Shown here piece by piece: positions 40,093 through 51,535 of a DNA stretch of 64,000 bases. A program made the position numbers and the translations under genes. Source of the DNA: Octopus vulgaris (lineage: Eukaryota); the NCBI GenBank assembly GCA_951406725.2, contig OX597822.1:93062001-93126000 (forward strand), given 5' to 3'. The notes under the pieces were generated by a model. That model was not told where the DNA came from. It searched no databases and was given only the letters and a program-made list of their open reading frames with translations. Each line of letters begins with the position of its first letter. The first letter of the stretch is position 1.

Positions 40093-40129
<37 letters not shown>

Positions 40130-40948
40130 ATATTGATAAATGTGTGGTACAGGTATCCATAGTCATAAAGTAAAGGTGCTCGCAAATCGAAAAAGTATTC
40201 AACGTATTTAAAGGCAGAGTTTGTAGTTTTATATTACAAAGTTTAAGTAATTTGTAAGCTGTTTAATGTAGAGAACATCAGAACTTCATATATATATATA
40301 TTCATCGGAGTGTTTGATGACTCTAGATATAGATGTGCTATTCTCTGAATGAAACACGTGAAAGTATATTATTGAAAAACATTGGCTTAAAATGTTTTAC
40401 CTGTGAAAATTTATTCTATTTATATTTTGTCTTCTATAGAAATATTGATATAAATGTCGAAGAGTTTCAGCAGATTATTAAATAGGATTAATTTTAAAAT
40501 AACGTATAGCTGTTTTTATACATTTGTTTAGTCCTGTGTCAGATCTGAATGACAAGACTTATGATTAAATGTTTTCCTGCTGTGATCATCTAGTCTTTTT
40601 TTTTTGTTTCACAAACATGGTGTATCTAGGACTACTTTCATTCAATGTTTCTTTTGTTCTTCTTGTTAAACTGTAGGGTGCGATTTCAGGGAGATTTAAC
40701 TGTTGTTTCTAACATGTTGGATGACAATGTAAAGGATCTTTGGCTGATTCGGTGGCAGTGTTGTTGGTAGTGGTGATGTTTGTAGAGGGGGTGTGTTGGT
40801 AGCAGAGGCGAAACTGGTGTTTATAGTTGACGTTTAACCCCTAAACTTGCCATAATCGTTAATCAAAAATTTCCAGCCATGATTGTACCATATTTCTTCC
40901 TGGACATTGCTGTACGTCATCGAATGTCTTCTTCCATTGAAAAGAAAG

Positions 40949-41035
<87 letters not shown>

Positions 41036-42046
41036 GGGTGTATTTTGAAAGAAATTTTGCTGTCATTTCCAGCGGGTTCAGTGACCCTGTAGATGGCCAG
41101 GCTCATATCAAAATTTCAGTTTTTCATAGTCCTGTGTGTGGAATATCGTTTAAATGTATTTTAATTTTAGGGAAATATTTAGAGACATGCATTTAGACAA
41201 CTTGATATACAAGGGATATTTTCTTCTTCCAAAGTTCGCTGCCATCCACCCAAAAGTCTATGTCATGTCACTGTTGACACACCCGTCGTCAAAGGGTCGC
41301 CATATTCAGTGTAGAAATCCTCTCGTAAACCAGGAAAATTTTACATATCCACAAGTCAGAATAAAAGGAGCTGGTATTCATGTATTTGTCAATAGAGCAG
41401 GTTTATTTGTACAAGGGGCATAGCTCTTGGTGAAATCCCCTGAGTTTTTTCCCCACGTTTCTTCACGTTCCATTTTATTTCACTGTACAAGGAAACCAGA
41501 TGTAACAATGGTAACTCTATGAACGAAAAAACAAAAAAAAAAAGCCTGAAGTTCTCTCCCCTACTTTCAGGCATTATTAAAACGACATTAGCTTCAGCGC
41601 CAATGTCTTCCTCACCGCAGAGTAAATTGTAATTTGATTGTTGATACGACTTGCATTAAATATTTGAACAGTAACTGATCTATAACGTGTCAGTGAAAGA
41701 TTCGGTTTTAGTCAGGTATAATGGACCTTTCCAAAGTGCAAATGTCTAGGATTTTTGTGCGGTTAGCAACAGCAGGGCCGTCCTAGATATATGAATAAGG
41801 CTCCACTGTGGAGCCTAAAACGAACATTGTAGCGAGACAGCACCGATCAGAAAGGAACCATTTTCTGATAACCGAAGCGAAGAAAGTCTTTTTCACGAAG
41901 ATTTAGCTATTTTGCATATGTAAGATCTCTGGGTAAGTTCTTATTAAATTTACACCATAGATTTTTCTATTCCAAACGAGAAATTTGATTAAAGGTGCAA
42001 AAGGACTTAGGGAACGTTTGTAGGGTATGTAATAAATATTAAGGCC

Positions 42047-43936
42047 TTATTGCACCTTTAACCTTGGAATTCGGGATTTTCTTTGTAAGCTATTAGAGCT
42101 ATGTGATTTGCTGTTGAGATAAGAGGTTAAACTCTCGAAGTTTCGATGCTGCATCGTTATAAATATATCAGAATCGTTTGGAATTTTCGAGACGGTCACA
42201 TTGTCGTTGTAGCGTACTTCACGTTTGTGATTCTGTTTTAGGCTTTTTGCACTGTTTGTGTAGAGATAAACATTTTGGTTGAAATGTTCGAAAGCCCTAG
42301 GTTCGCTCAGTCTTTCACTGATCTGCACGAAAACATCGCTCTCGCTGTCCAGATAATCGCTGTCTTCTCCGTCTCCGATGTCGTCACCAACGTCATCGTC
42401 TTCCTCGTCACCATAATCTTCGTTGTCCTCATCATCGTCATCATCGTCGTCGTTGTAATAATAATCATTATCATCGTCATCGTTGTCATCAGCATCATCA
42501 TCGGCATCATCACTCTGGTTGTTACGGCCGTTGTTATCCTCCTCTTTTTCAGCAGCCACATCACCAGACAGACGGCCATCTTTGGTCAAATCCTGTTGCT
42601 TCCGGTTGTTTGCTTTGAGCAACACGATTTCCTTCTCGAGTTTTCGTTTCGTTTCTTTCTTCATTTCAATCTTCGAGTTCAAACCCTGCAGCATTTCTTT
42701 GACTGTTTCCTGGAACCGGATGAAAGTCGAGCGCATGTCAGCTTCCAAAATGAGATCTTGTTGCAAAAGCGATAAATTAAATTTCTGAATCTTTAATTCT
42801 GTTTGACAAGTTGAAATTTTCCATTTGACTTGTTCCAATTTCGTCGTGAGATTATTGTATTCGTCGGTCGATAAAGAATTGGTATCTTGTAACTTACGGT
42901 TCAAAGACTTCTGTTCCAGCTGCGTTTTATGGTAACTGGAACTGGCGCGGTCAATTTTTTCCTTTGTGCTGTTATAATCTTTGGTTAAAAGATTATGGCG
43001 GTGTTCCTTCAACGAAAGTCGCTTCATTTCAACTTCCAAAACTTTTACTTTTTCTTCATCCACCGCAATACTTTGACTAATTTCCGCTATTTTCGCTAAA
43101 ATTTCCTTCGTTTTCTTTTTGATATCAGCAGAGAGCAGAATATCATAATACGATGTTATCTTCAGGACCCACTGCCTGGACAATTTGACTGCTTTCGACG
43201 CTTTAGCAAACAGATCCGGAATCAAGTACCATATTAATTCGAAACACGATCGGTCTCGTTGTTTCATCATTGCTTTTCTCGTTTCTGCTTCATAATTCTC
43301 CGAATCAATGTCTTCTTCTCTTAAAACATTGGCCCATTTTATTTCTAAACACCTTAGAGTGTTCACCAAATGCGTTATGTTCTTCATTTCCTTTTTGGCG
43401 CTAATTTCCAGCGAACTTTTACTTTTAGCATTGGGTGTTTTCAGTTTTGGCAACCACGTTCCCGATGCTGAAGTTGTCCCAGATCTTGCACCTGCTCCTG
43501 TTCTTGTTCTCTGTCGAGACAGGATCGATAAAGTAGCTTGATTGCTAATTTCTACGATGTATTTCAGAATTCGTTCGTCAAAGTAAGCTTTGAGGTCACG
43601 TAGGTATTCAAGGTCATCGAAGAATACTTTAAAATAGCGTCCAATGTTCTCGATTTCGTCGGCTGAATACAATATACGTCTTTTGGTTCTTTTCAAAGAA
43701 TTCACTTGGCGTTTCAGCTGTTCTAGCGACTTAATGTAGCTGAGAGCGTCGCCTCTGCTCGGCCTTATCGATTCAATAGGGTGTTTCTTACGAGTGACAG
43801 TCAACAGCATCCGGTAGAAGGTCTCTCTTGAAAATCTCTCTATTGCTCCAGCAGACAGCATTCGAAAGGCGCTCATCTGCTTCTCGAAGGATGTTCGAAA
43901 ACTGACTGCGTATACATCGACCGGGTCTTCTGTATT
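42047..43936 (-). CDS. Large terminal exon of an uncharacterised coiled-coil protein with Asp/Glu-rich tract and C-terminal SxIP-like motif
   Basis: 629 open codons after a T-rich acceptor (ttttttttccag|AAT ACA GAA). Non-repetitive protein-like composition, long K/E/L heptad region, acidic low-complexity block, ends KSRIPRLKVQ-stop. First in-exon ATG is at 43876. Confidence 0.85.
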   Translation of the reverse strand, partial: NTEDPVDVYAVSFRTSFEKQMSAFRMLSAGAIERFSRETFYRMLLTVTRKKHPIESIRPSRGDALSYIKSLEQLKRQVNSLKRTKRRILYSADEIENIGRYFKVFFDDLEYLRDLKAYFDERILKYIVEISNQATLSILSRQRTRTGAGARSGTTSASGTWLPKLKTPNAKSKSSLEISAKKEMKNITHLVNTLRCLEIKWANVLREEDIDSENYEAETRKAMMKQRDRSCFELIWYLIPDLFAKASKAVKLSRQWVLKITSYYDILLSADIKKKTKEILAKIAEISQSIAVDEEKVKVLEVEMKRLSLKEHRHNLLTKDYNSTKEKIDRASSSYHKTQLEQKSLNRKLQDTNSLSTDEYNNLTTKLEQVKWKISTCQTELKIQKFNLSLLQQDLILEADMRSTFIRFQETVKEMLQGLNSKIEMKKETKRKLEKEIVLLKANNRKQQDLTKDGRLSGDVAAEKEEDNNGRNNQSDDADDDADDNDDDDNDYYYNDDDDDDDEDNEDYGDEEDDDVGDDIGDGEDSDYLDSESDVFVQISERLSEPRAFEHFNQNVYLYTNSAKSLKQNHKREVRYNDNVTVSKIPNDSDIFITMQHRNFESLTSYLNSKSHSSNSLQRKSRIPRLKVQ

Positions 43937-44598
43937 CTGGAAAAAAAAAGGAGTGATTAAATGAGAGAAGAAAATATATACGATAATGATGATGATAATG
44001 ATGACGTAGGTCATCATCACATTTTCGAACAAGGGAATATAAGGACACAGATCGTGTCGTATAGCCAGCTGGAGACGATGTCTCGTGGAGCTTTTAGGTG
44101 TTTTCGCTCAATAAACGCTCACAACGTTCGGTCTGGGAATCGAAACCGCGATCCTACGACCGCGAGTCCGCTGCCCTAACCACTGGGCCATTGCGCCTCC
44201 ACACACATACACATATATATGTATATATATGTATGTATATAGTATATATATATGTATATAATATATGTTTATATATGTATACATGTCTGTATATATATAT
44301 ATATGTATACATGTGTGTGTATATATAGATGTATATGTATATATATATGTATGATTATATGTATATATATATATACATATATACATATACATATATATAT
44401 GTATATATGTATATAGAGAGAGTGTTTACGAAAAAAACAAAAGACGAAGACAGGTGATGTACAAAACAAACAGATGTATTAGTATAACGCTCAGGAATAG
44501 AAAAAGTATTTTACGTTTCGAGCCTTCTACACAAAGGGACACAGAAAAAACGAGAGAAACAAGGAGAGAAAAAAATGTGTGTAGTGGCTAACGATATG

Positions 44599-44683
<85 letters not shown>

Positions 44684-45052
44684 AAACAAGTCAAAAATAG
44701 AAAATGCTAAAATAATTTTATAGTGAACATTTCAGTACCGGTTTCGGTCATTTTGAGACCTTTTCAACTGTAACGATTAAATAATTAAATTTAGAAAAAT
44801 TAGAAGAAAAGTTTTTATATGCAACACATTTTCTGAGCTGTACGTGGGCTGTTCATGCGTTGGAAGGTGCAATGATGTTTTCGCCCAAAGGGACAGCTAG
44901 GAACATCGTATACACAGAAGTGTTCGAGTGAAAAGAAGACATTGCAACCTACACATGCGCCTTCGTTCCCTAGAGGGAAAGGACTAGATTGGGATTAGTC
45001 GTTGCCTACTAGGGGCTCTTACATACCCGGGCAACGCCGGGCTATGCTGCTA

Positions 45053-45186
<134 letters not shown>

Positions 45187-45267
45187 GTATGTATATATAT
45201 ATATGTATGTATATATATATGTATATATATATGTATATATATATGTGTATATATATACATACATATG

Positions 45268-45302
<35 letters not shown>

Positions 45303-45344
45303 GTATATATATATGTATATATATATATGTATATATATGTATAT

Positions 45345-45376
<32 letters not shown>

Positions 45377-45413
45377 GTATATATGTGTATGTGTGTGTAT
45401 ATATATATGTGTA

Positions 45414-45454
<41 letters not shown>

Positions 45455-45483
45455 ATATATGTATGTATATGTATATATATATG

Positions 45484-45520
<37 letters not shown>

Positions 45521-45537
45521 GTATATATATATGTATG

Positions 45538-45568
<31 letters not shown>

Positions 45569-45617
45569 ATATATATGTATATATATATATGTATGTATAT
45601 ATATATGTATGTATATA

Positions 45618-45676
<59 letters not shown>

Positions 45677-45702
45677 ATATATATGTATGCATATATATAT
45701 AT

Positions 45703-45744
<42 letters not shown>

Positions 45745-45775
45745 ATATGTATATATATATATATGTATATATATG

Positions 45776-45836
<61 letters not shown>

Positions 45837-45931
45837 GTATATATATATATGTATATATATATATGTATATATATATATGTATATATATATATGTATATAT
45901 GTATATATATATATGTGTGTATATGTGTATG

Positions 45932-45988
<57 letters not shown>

Positions 45989-46079
45989 ATATATATATAT
46001 GTATATATATGTATATATATATATATAAAATCAAAATCAAAATCAAACCAAATCAAATCAGATATCGGAAAGCAGAACC

Positions 46080-46583
46080 AAAATCGAAGTCGATCAACAT
46101 CAATGTGAAATTGCAGCTGTGATACCAGTGCATGTATATGTACGTCACACCTCGAATACTGCTGCCCACTGTGGTCTCTCCATACAAGACAAAACATCTC
46201 GAGGATTGAATCACCCCAGAAGGCCCCGTGCCGGTGGCACGTAGCACCATCCGTTCGTGGCCGTTGCCAGCCTCGCCTGGCACCCGTGCCGGTGGCACGT
46301 AAAAGCAAAGCACCATCCGATCGTGACCGTTGCCAGCCTCGCCTGGCCCCCGTGCCGGTGGCACGTAAAAAGCACCATCCGTTCGTGGCCGTTTGCCAGC
46401 TCAGTCTGGCACCTGAGCGGTGGAACGTAAAGGCACCCACTACACTCACGGAGTGGTTGGCGTTAGGAAGGGCATCCAGTCGTAGAAACACTGCCAGATC
46501 AGACTGGGCCTGATGCAGCCTTCTGGCTTCACAGACCCCAGTTGAACCGTCCAACCCATGCTAGCATGGAAAGCGGACGCTGA

Positions 46584-46615
<32 letters not shown>

Positions 46616-46620
46616 TGATG
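46080..46620 (+). mobile_element. Repeat family C (RTE-associated SINE-like element with gtgccggtggcac internal repeats and (GAT)n tail)
   Basis: Conserved ggttggcgttaggaagggcatccag...aaccgtccaacccatg.(t/c)agcatggaa...(gat)n. Copies lie near 5328-5500, 6200-6535, 8520-8790, 14520-14710, 15555-15970, 16460-16757, 18430-18768, 19890-20100, 22270-22515 (+) and 3622-3850, 19072-19400, 36405-36640 (-). Confidence 0.8.
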
Positions 46621-47087
46621 ATGTATAATTTCAGCAAAACAATTTAGATTCAAATGAATATGGTACTTAACTTAGATGCACCAGAATTTTTTTATGGTAT
46701 TACCCAGAAAGTTATGTGGGGTGATTATAACCAAAAAATAAGCAACAAGAATGGATCGGTAGTTTAGTACAATTGTTTCATACTATAACAATTTATTAAA
46801 GCTGCAAATATTACAGCAAATATAATGTTAAGTACTCTTCTGCTAATTTCATATAGGTTTTCCAAACATCTTAGAGAGTGTAAATATACTTATAAAGTTA
46901 TAGATGTGAGCTCCAGGAACTTGAAGCAAGATTTCAAGCAGACCATATATGCTTTCCAACAATACAAAGTTCTCAAATTAATTAGTGACATCCCAGAGAA
47001 GGTAAATATACTCATAAAGATGTGGATATAAATTTCAGGAAACATGAAGAAAGATGCCAATCAGACCCCGATTAAGTTCGCATCTAA

Positions 47088-47170
47088 TTAGCTGAAGATT
47101 ACTTAACATTATATTTGCTGTAATATTTGCAGCTTTAATAAATTGTTATAGTATGAAACAATTGTACTAA
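47088..47170 (+). ncRNA. Type I hammerhead-like motif, second family (inverted partner 46764-46846)
   Basis: ttag CTGAAGA ttact...agtat GAAA caattg TA ctaa; palindromic stem III. The stem II closing pair is mismatched in this copy. Confidence 0.65.
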
Positions 47171-47310
47171 ACTACCGATCCATTCTTGTTGCTTATTTTT
47201 GGTTATATATATATATATATATACACGTATATATATACATTTTTATACGTATATATATGCATATGTATATGTACATATATATATATTTACACGTATATGT
47301 ATGTATATAG

Positions 47311-47344
<34 letters not shown>

Positions 47345-47583
47345 ATATATATATATATATATGTGTGTGTATATATATGTATATATATTTATACATGTGT
47401 GTGTATATATAGTATATATAGATGTATATGTATATATATATGTATGCATATATATATATGTATATATATATATATGTATATATGTATATATATGTATATA
47501 TATATATGTGTGTATATATATGTATATAGACATGTATATGTGTATGTGTACATATATATGTATATGTATATATATATGTATAT

Positions 47584-47665
<82 letters not shown>

Positions 47666-47791
47666 ACATCACAATCAAGGAACGGCCATAATAGGCCATT
47701 CACCCACTAGAAATAACAGCCAAAAGCTTCAACCGCAAAATAACATCAATTCCGTAAACCAGGAGAAAATTAAAAAAACATTTACCCTGTA

Positions 47792-47898
47792 ATTTCTTAT
47801 ACGATGCACCGTTTCATCTACTGTTTAATGGTAAACTAACCTGATTAAATTAAATCAAGCCAATCTACCATAGGCCCTTAGATTCATCAGTAAGAAAT
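47792..47898 (-). ncRNA. Type I hammerhead ribozyme (inverted copy)
   Basis: Reverse complement of 48074-48180. Confidence 0.85.
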
Positions 47899-48073
47899 AG
47901 CCTATATTGATTAATTATGAATTTTCTGGTTAGTTCCGTAATGGAATCGGCGGCTTATATTTATTTGCTGCCGATAAATTTGGCGCGAGTGCGATGATTT
48001 GAAAATTTTAGGTCAGATATTGCCGAGGCAGGGATGAGAATGCCTCGTGAAAAATATCTGTTCCGACTTGGCT

Positions 48074-48180
48074 ATTTCTTACTGATGAATCTAAGGGCCT
48101 ATGGTAGATTGGCTTGATTTAATTTAATCAGGTTAGTTTACCATTAAACAGTAGATGAAACGGTGCATCGTATAAGAAAT
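48074..48180 (+). ncRNA. Type I hammerhead ribozyme (unit 1)
   Basis: atttctta CTGATGA atcta...tagat GAAA cggtgcatcg TA taagaaat: 8-bp stem I, intact core, GUA cleavage triplet (cut after 48172). Confidence 0.85.
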
Positions 48181-49045
48181 TACAGGGTAAATGTTTTTTT
48201 AATTTTCTCTTGGTTTACGGAATTGATGTTATTTTGCGGTTGAAGATTTTGGCTGTTATTTCTAGTGGGTGAATGGCCTATTATGGCCGTTCCTTGATTG
48301 TGATGTTGAACTTAAAAATGGTTTATGACTATTTAATTTTTTCCCACTAGGCCGCTGGTGGCAATAAGATTCTACAAAATTTTTTTGCCACCCTATATTG
48401 ATTAATTATGAATTTTCTGGTTAGTTCCGTAATGGAATCGGCGGCTTATATTTATTTGCTGCCGATAAATTTGGCGCGAGTGCGATGATTTGAAAATTTT
48501 AGGTCAGTCAGATGGTGGTGGTGGTGGTGGTGGTTGTGGTGGTGGTGGTGGTGGTGGTGGTGGTGGTGGTGGTGGTGGTGGTGGTGGTGGTTGCTGTTGT
48601 TAATTTAATCAGGTTAGTTTACCATTAAACAGTAGATGAAACGGTGCTTCGTATAAGAAATTACAGGGTAAATGTTTTTTTAATTTTCTCCTGGTTTACG
48701 GAATTGATGTTATTTTGCGGTTGAAGCTTTTGGCTGTTATTTCTAGTGGGTGAATGGCCTATTATGGCCGTTCCTTGATTGTGATGTTGAACTTAAAAAT
48801 GGTTTATGACTATTTAATTTTTTTCCCACTAGGCCGCTGGTGGCAATAAGATTCTACAAAATTTTTTTGCCACCTATATTGATTAATTATGAATTTTCTG
48901 GTTAGTTCCGTAATGGAATCGGCGGCTTATATTTATTTGCTGCCGATAAATTTGGCGCGAGTGCGATGATTTGAAAATTTTAGGTCAGATATTGCCGAGG
49001 CAGGGATGAGAATGCCTCGTGAAAAATATCTGTTCCGACTTGGCT

Positions 49046-49152
49046 ATTTCTTACTGATGAATCTAAGGGCCTATGGTAGATTGGCTTGATTTAATTTAAT
49101 CAGGTTAGTTTACCATTAAACAGTAGATGAAACGGTGCATCGTATAAGAAAT
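49046..49152 (+). ncRNA. Type I hammerhead ribozyme (unit 3)
   Basis: Same sequence as 48074-48180; predicted cut after 49144. Confidence 0.85.
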
Positions 49153-49440
49153 TACAGGGTAAATGTTTTTTTAATTTTCTCCTGGTTTACGGAATTGATG
49201 TTATTTTGCGGTTGAAGCTTTTGGCTGTTATTTCTAGTGGGTGAATGGCCTATTATGGCCGTTCCTTGATTGTGATGTTGAACTTAAAAATGGTTTATGA
49301 CTATTTAATTTTTTTCCCACTAGGCCGCTGGTGGCAATAAGATTCTACAAAATTTTTTGCCACCCTATATTGATTAAATATATATATATATATATATTTA
49401 CACGTATATGTATATATATATCTATACGTATATATATATT

Positions 49441-49491
<51 letters not shown>

Positions 49492-49499
49492 GTATATGT

Positions 49500-50112
49500 A
49501 CGTCACACCTCGAATACTGCTGCCCACTGTGGTCTCCCCATACAAGACAAAACATCTCGAGGATTGAATCACCCCAGAAGGCATTCACTAAACGAATTGA
49601 AGGTATGGCTGCTCTCGATTATTGGGACCGCCCTATAGCCTTGAAACCCTACTCTCTCCAGCGTCGCCGCGAGCGGTACATCATTTGTACGATGTGGAGA
49701 ATATACCGCCAACTTTGCCCAAATGACCTGAACATTAGCTTCAAGGTTCATCCAAGACTGGGACCACGGGCCATACGTCCCCTGCCCAATTCGAGATCAC
49801 AGCATACATGTACACTGCAACATAATTTATTTTCCTCAACAGGCCCTGCCCTATTTAACATTGCCCCGAAAGAGATCAAAGAGGGAAAGGATCCCATCAA
49901 CTTTAAACGGAGTCTGGATAGATTCCTTCAAGGAATACCAGATAAGCCAACAATAATTGGATACAACTCACCCAACAAAAACTCACTACTTGAATGGACC
50001 ATAAACAAAACTTGACTTAAACAGGATTTAGATAATCCTATCAGGTGGTGCTATTAAGTTAGACATGGCCTGGACCAATCTTTGGTCGAAACATATCTAA
50101 GTTTTATCCAAG

Positions 50113-50115
<3 letters not shown>
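49500..50115 (+). mobile_element. CR1/L2-group LINE, 5'-truncated 3' end
   Basis: [16 protein letters not shown]...[20 protein letters not shown]...L..YSLQRRRERY...FKRSLDRFL, the typical post-RT tail. Confidence 0.8.
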
Positions 50116-50169
<54 letters not shown>

Positions 50170-50363
50170 TGTGTTGGTGTGCTTTTGTGTATCTGTGTTT
50201 GTCCACCACCATTGAACAATCAGTATTGATGCGTTAACGTTACCGTAACTTAGCGGTTCAGTAAAAGAGACTTATGGGATAAGTACCAGGGTTGATAAAC
50301 AACAGAAGTAATGGGGTCGAGTCATTCCGCTAAAAATTCATCGCAGCAAGTAAAAGAATAAAA

Positions 50364-50451
<88 letters not shown>

Positions 50452-50452
<1 letters not shown>

Positions 50453-50733
50453 CATCATCATCATCATCATTGTTCGACCGTGGTCGAGACAATGGAATTT
50501 ACCATGCTACGCCAGAGTTCACGGTCCATCATGGCATTACGGAGGTCCTGTTGCTGGATGCCTGTGTCCCTGGAGATTACATCAGGGTAAGGAGAGTGTG
50601 CGCCCTCTGGTGTTGCGAGCAGATGGCTTCCAGAGGAGAAGAGTAGAAATTACCTCTTTTTCAGCTCTACAACAATGTCCAGCAAACTGGACTCTCCTAC
50701 CTTTCACAAGAGATGACACGGGTGGTAGTTGCC
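50452..50733 (-). mobile_element. RTE/RTE-X-type LINE 3' end with (TGA)n tail
   Basis: RRVQFAGHCCRAEKEVISTLLLWKP...DTG...AMMDRELWR, followed by a trinucleotide tail. Confidence 0.75.
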
Positions 50734-51249
50734 CCCAGCCCACCCACCAACACACACACGCGCGCCGTTTAGAATGAAGTTCGACGTCTCGTTGACCGCG
50801 GGCGTCGCCAAACGTCACAACGGCAGCGAGTGGATTCGAACAACGTTCCCGACGATTCGCTCGTTGCCGTGTGGTCTACCCTCTCCACCCGGCCACCCGC
50901 AACCAATTAGCCAACAGCAGCAACAGCTGAGCTCATTCATAAATCATTATTATTGACCCTTCGCTGCCATTGTAACAAACGACACAATTGTATTGGCTTC
51001 ACTGTTTGGCCATTGATACCTTATCGATGCGGTTGCTTAGCGACGCCTGTTATTGATATGATAGGAGAGGTTCTGATATCGTTGTTGTTGCTGTTATTGT
51101 TATTGTTTTTTGTTGGATATTTTATTTACATCGTTATTTGTTTGTTATTGTTTTGATGTTTTTGTTGTTTTGTTTATTTCTCTTGTTTTGGTGTTGGTTG
51201 CTCCAGACTGTGGTGTTCTCGTTGCTACTGCCGCCGCCGCAGTTGTAGC

Positions 51250-51535
51250 GGTGGTGGTGGTGGTGGTGGGTGGTGGTGGTGGTGGTGGTGGTGGTGGTGG
51301 GTGGTGGTGGTGATGGTGATGGTGGTGGTGGTGGTGGTGGTGGTGGTGGTGGTGGTGGTGGTGGTGGTGGTGGTGGTTGTGGTTGTGGTGGTGGTGGTGG
51401 TGGTGGTGATGGTTGTGGTGGTGGTGGTTGTGGTGGTGGTGGTGGTGGTGGTGGTGGTGGTGGTGGTGGTGGTGGTGGTGGTGGTGGTGGTGATAGTGGT
51501 GGTGGTGGTGGTTGTGGTGGTGGTGGTGGTGGTAG
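51250..51535. repeat. (GGT)n microsatellite
   Basis: Direct inspection. Confidence 0.95.

Larger units (their letters stand above)
47663..49377 (+). mobile_element. Non-coding 491-nt hammerhead-containing tandem element (retrozyme / Penelope-pLTR-like array) flanked by (TA)n
   Basis: Units start at 47901, 48392 and 48873 (491, 481, 491 nt), with 14 nt of a fourth at 49364. Inverted partial copy 47663-47902 mirrors 48070-48309. (TA)n lies on both sides; no ORF. Confidence 0.85.

Noticed and set aside
40311-40366. tTGATGA...GAAA cacgtg hammerhead-like remnant
   Set aside because: C3 and U16.1 are missing and stems are weak; possibly a decayed copy but not supportable.
42275-42788. Plus-strand ORFs overlapping the minus-strand exon
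   Set aside because: Antisense shadows of the acidic low-complexity coding tract.
43937-44032. N-terminus MFENVMMTYVIIII... of the 661-aa ORF as a signal or TM segment
   Set aside because: It lies upstream of a strong acceptor and is (ATC)n-like intron sequence.
48601-48662. Hammerhead in unit 2 of the array
   Set aside because: The 5' half, including CUGAUGA, is replaced by (GGT)n; incomplete as assembled.
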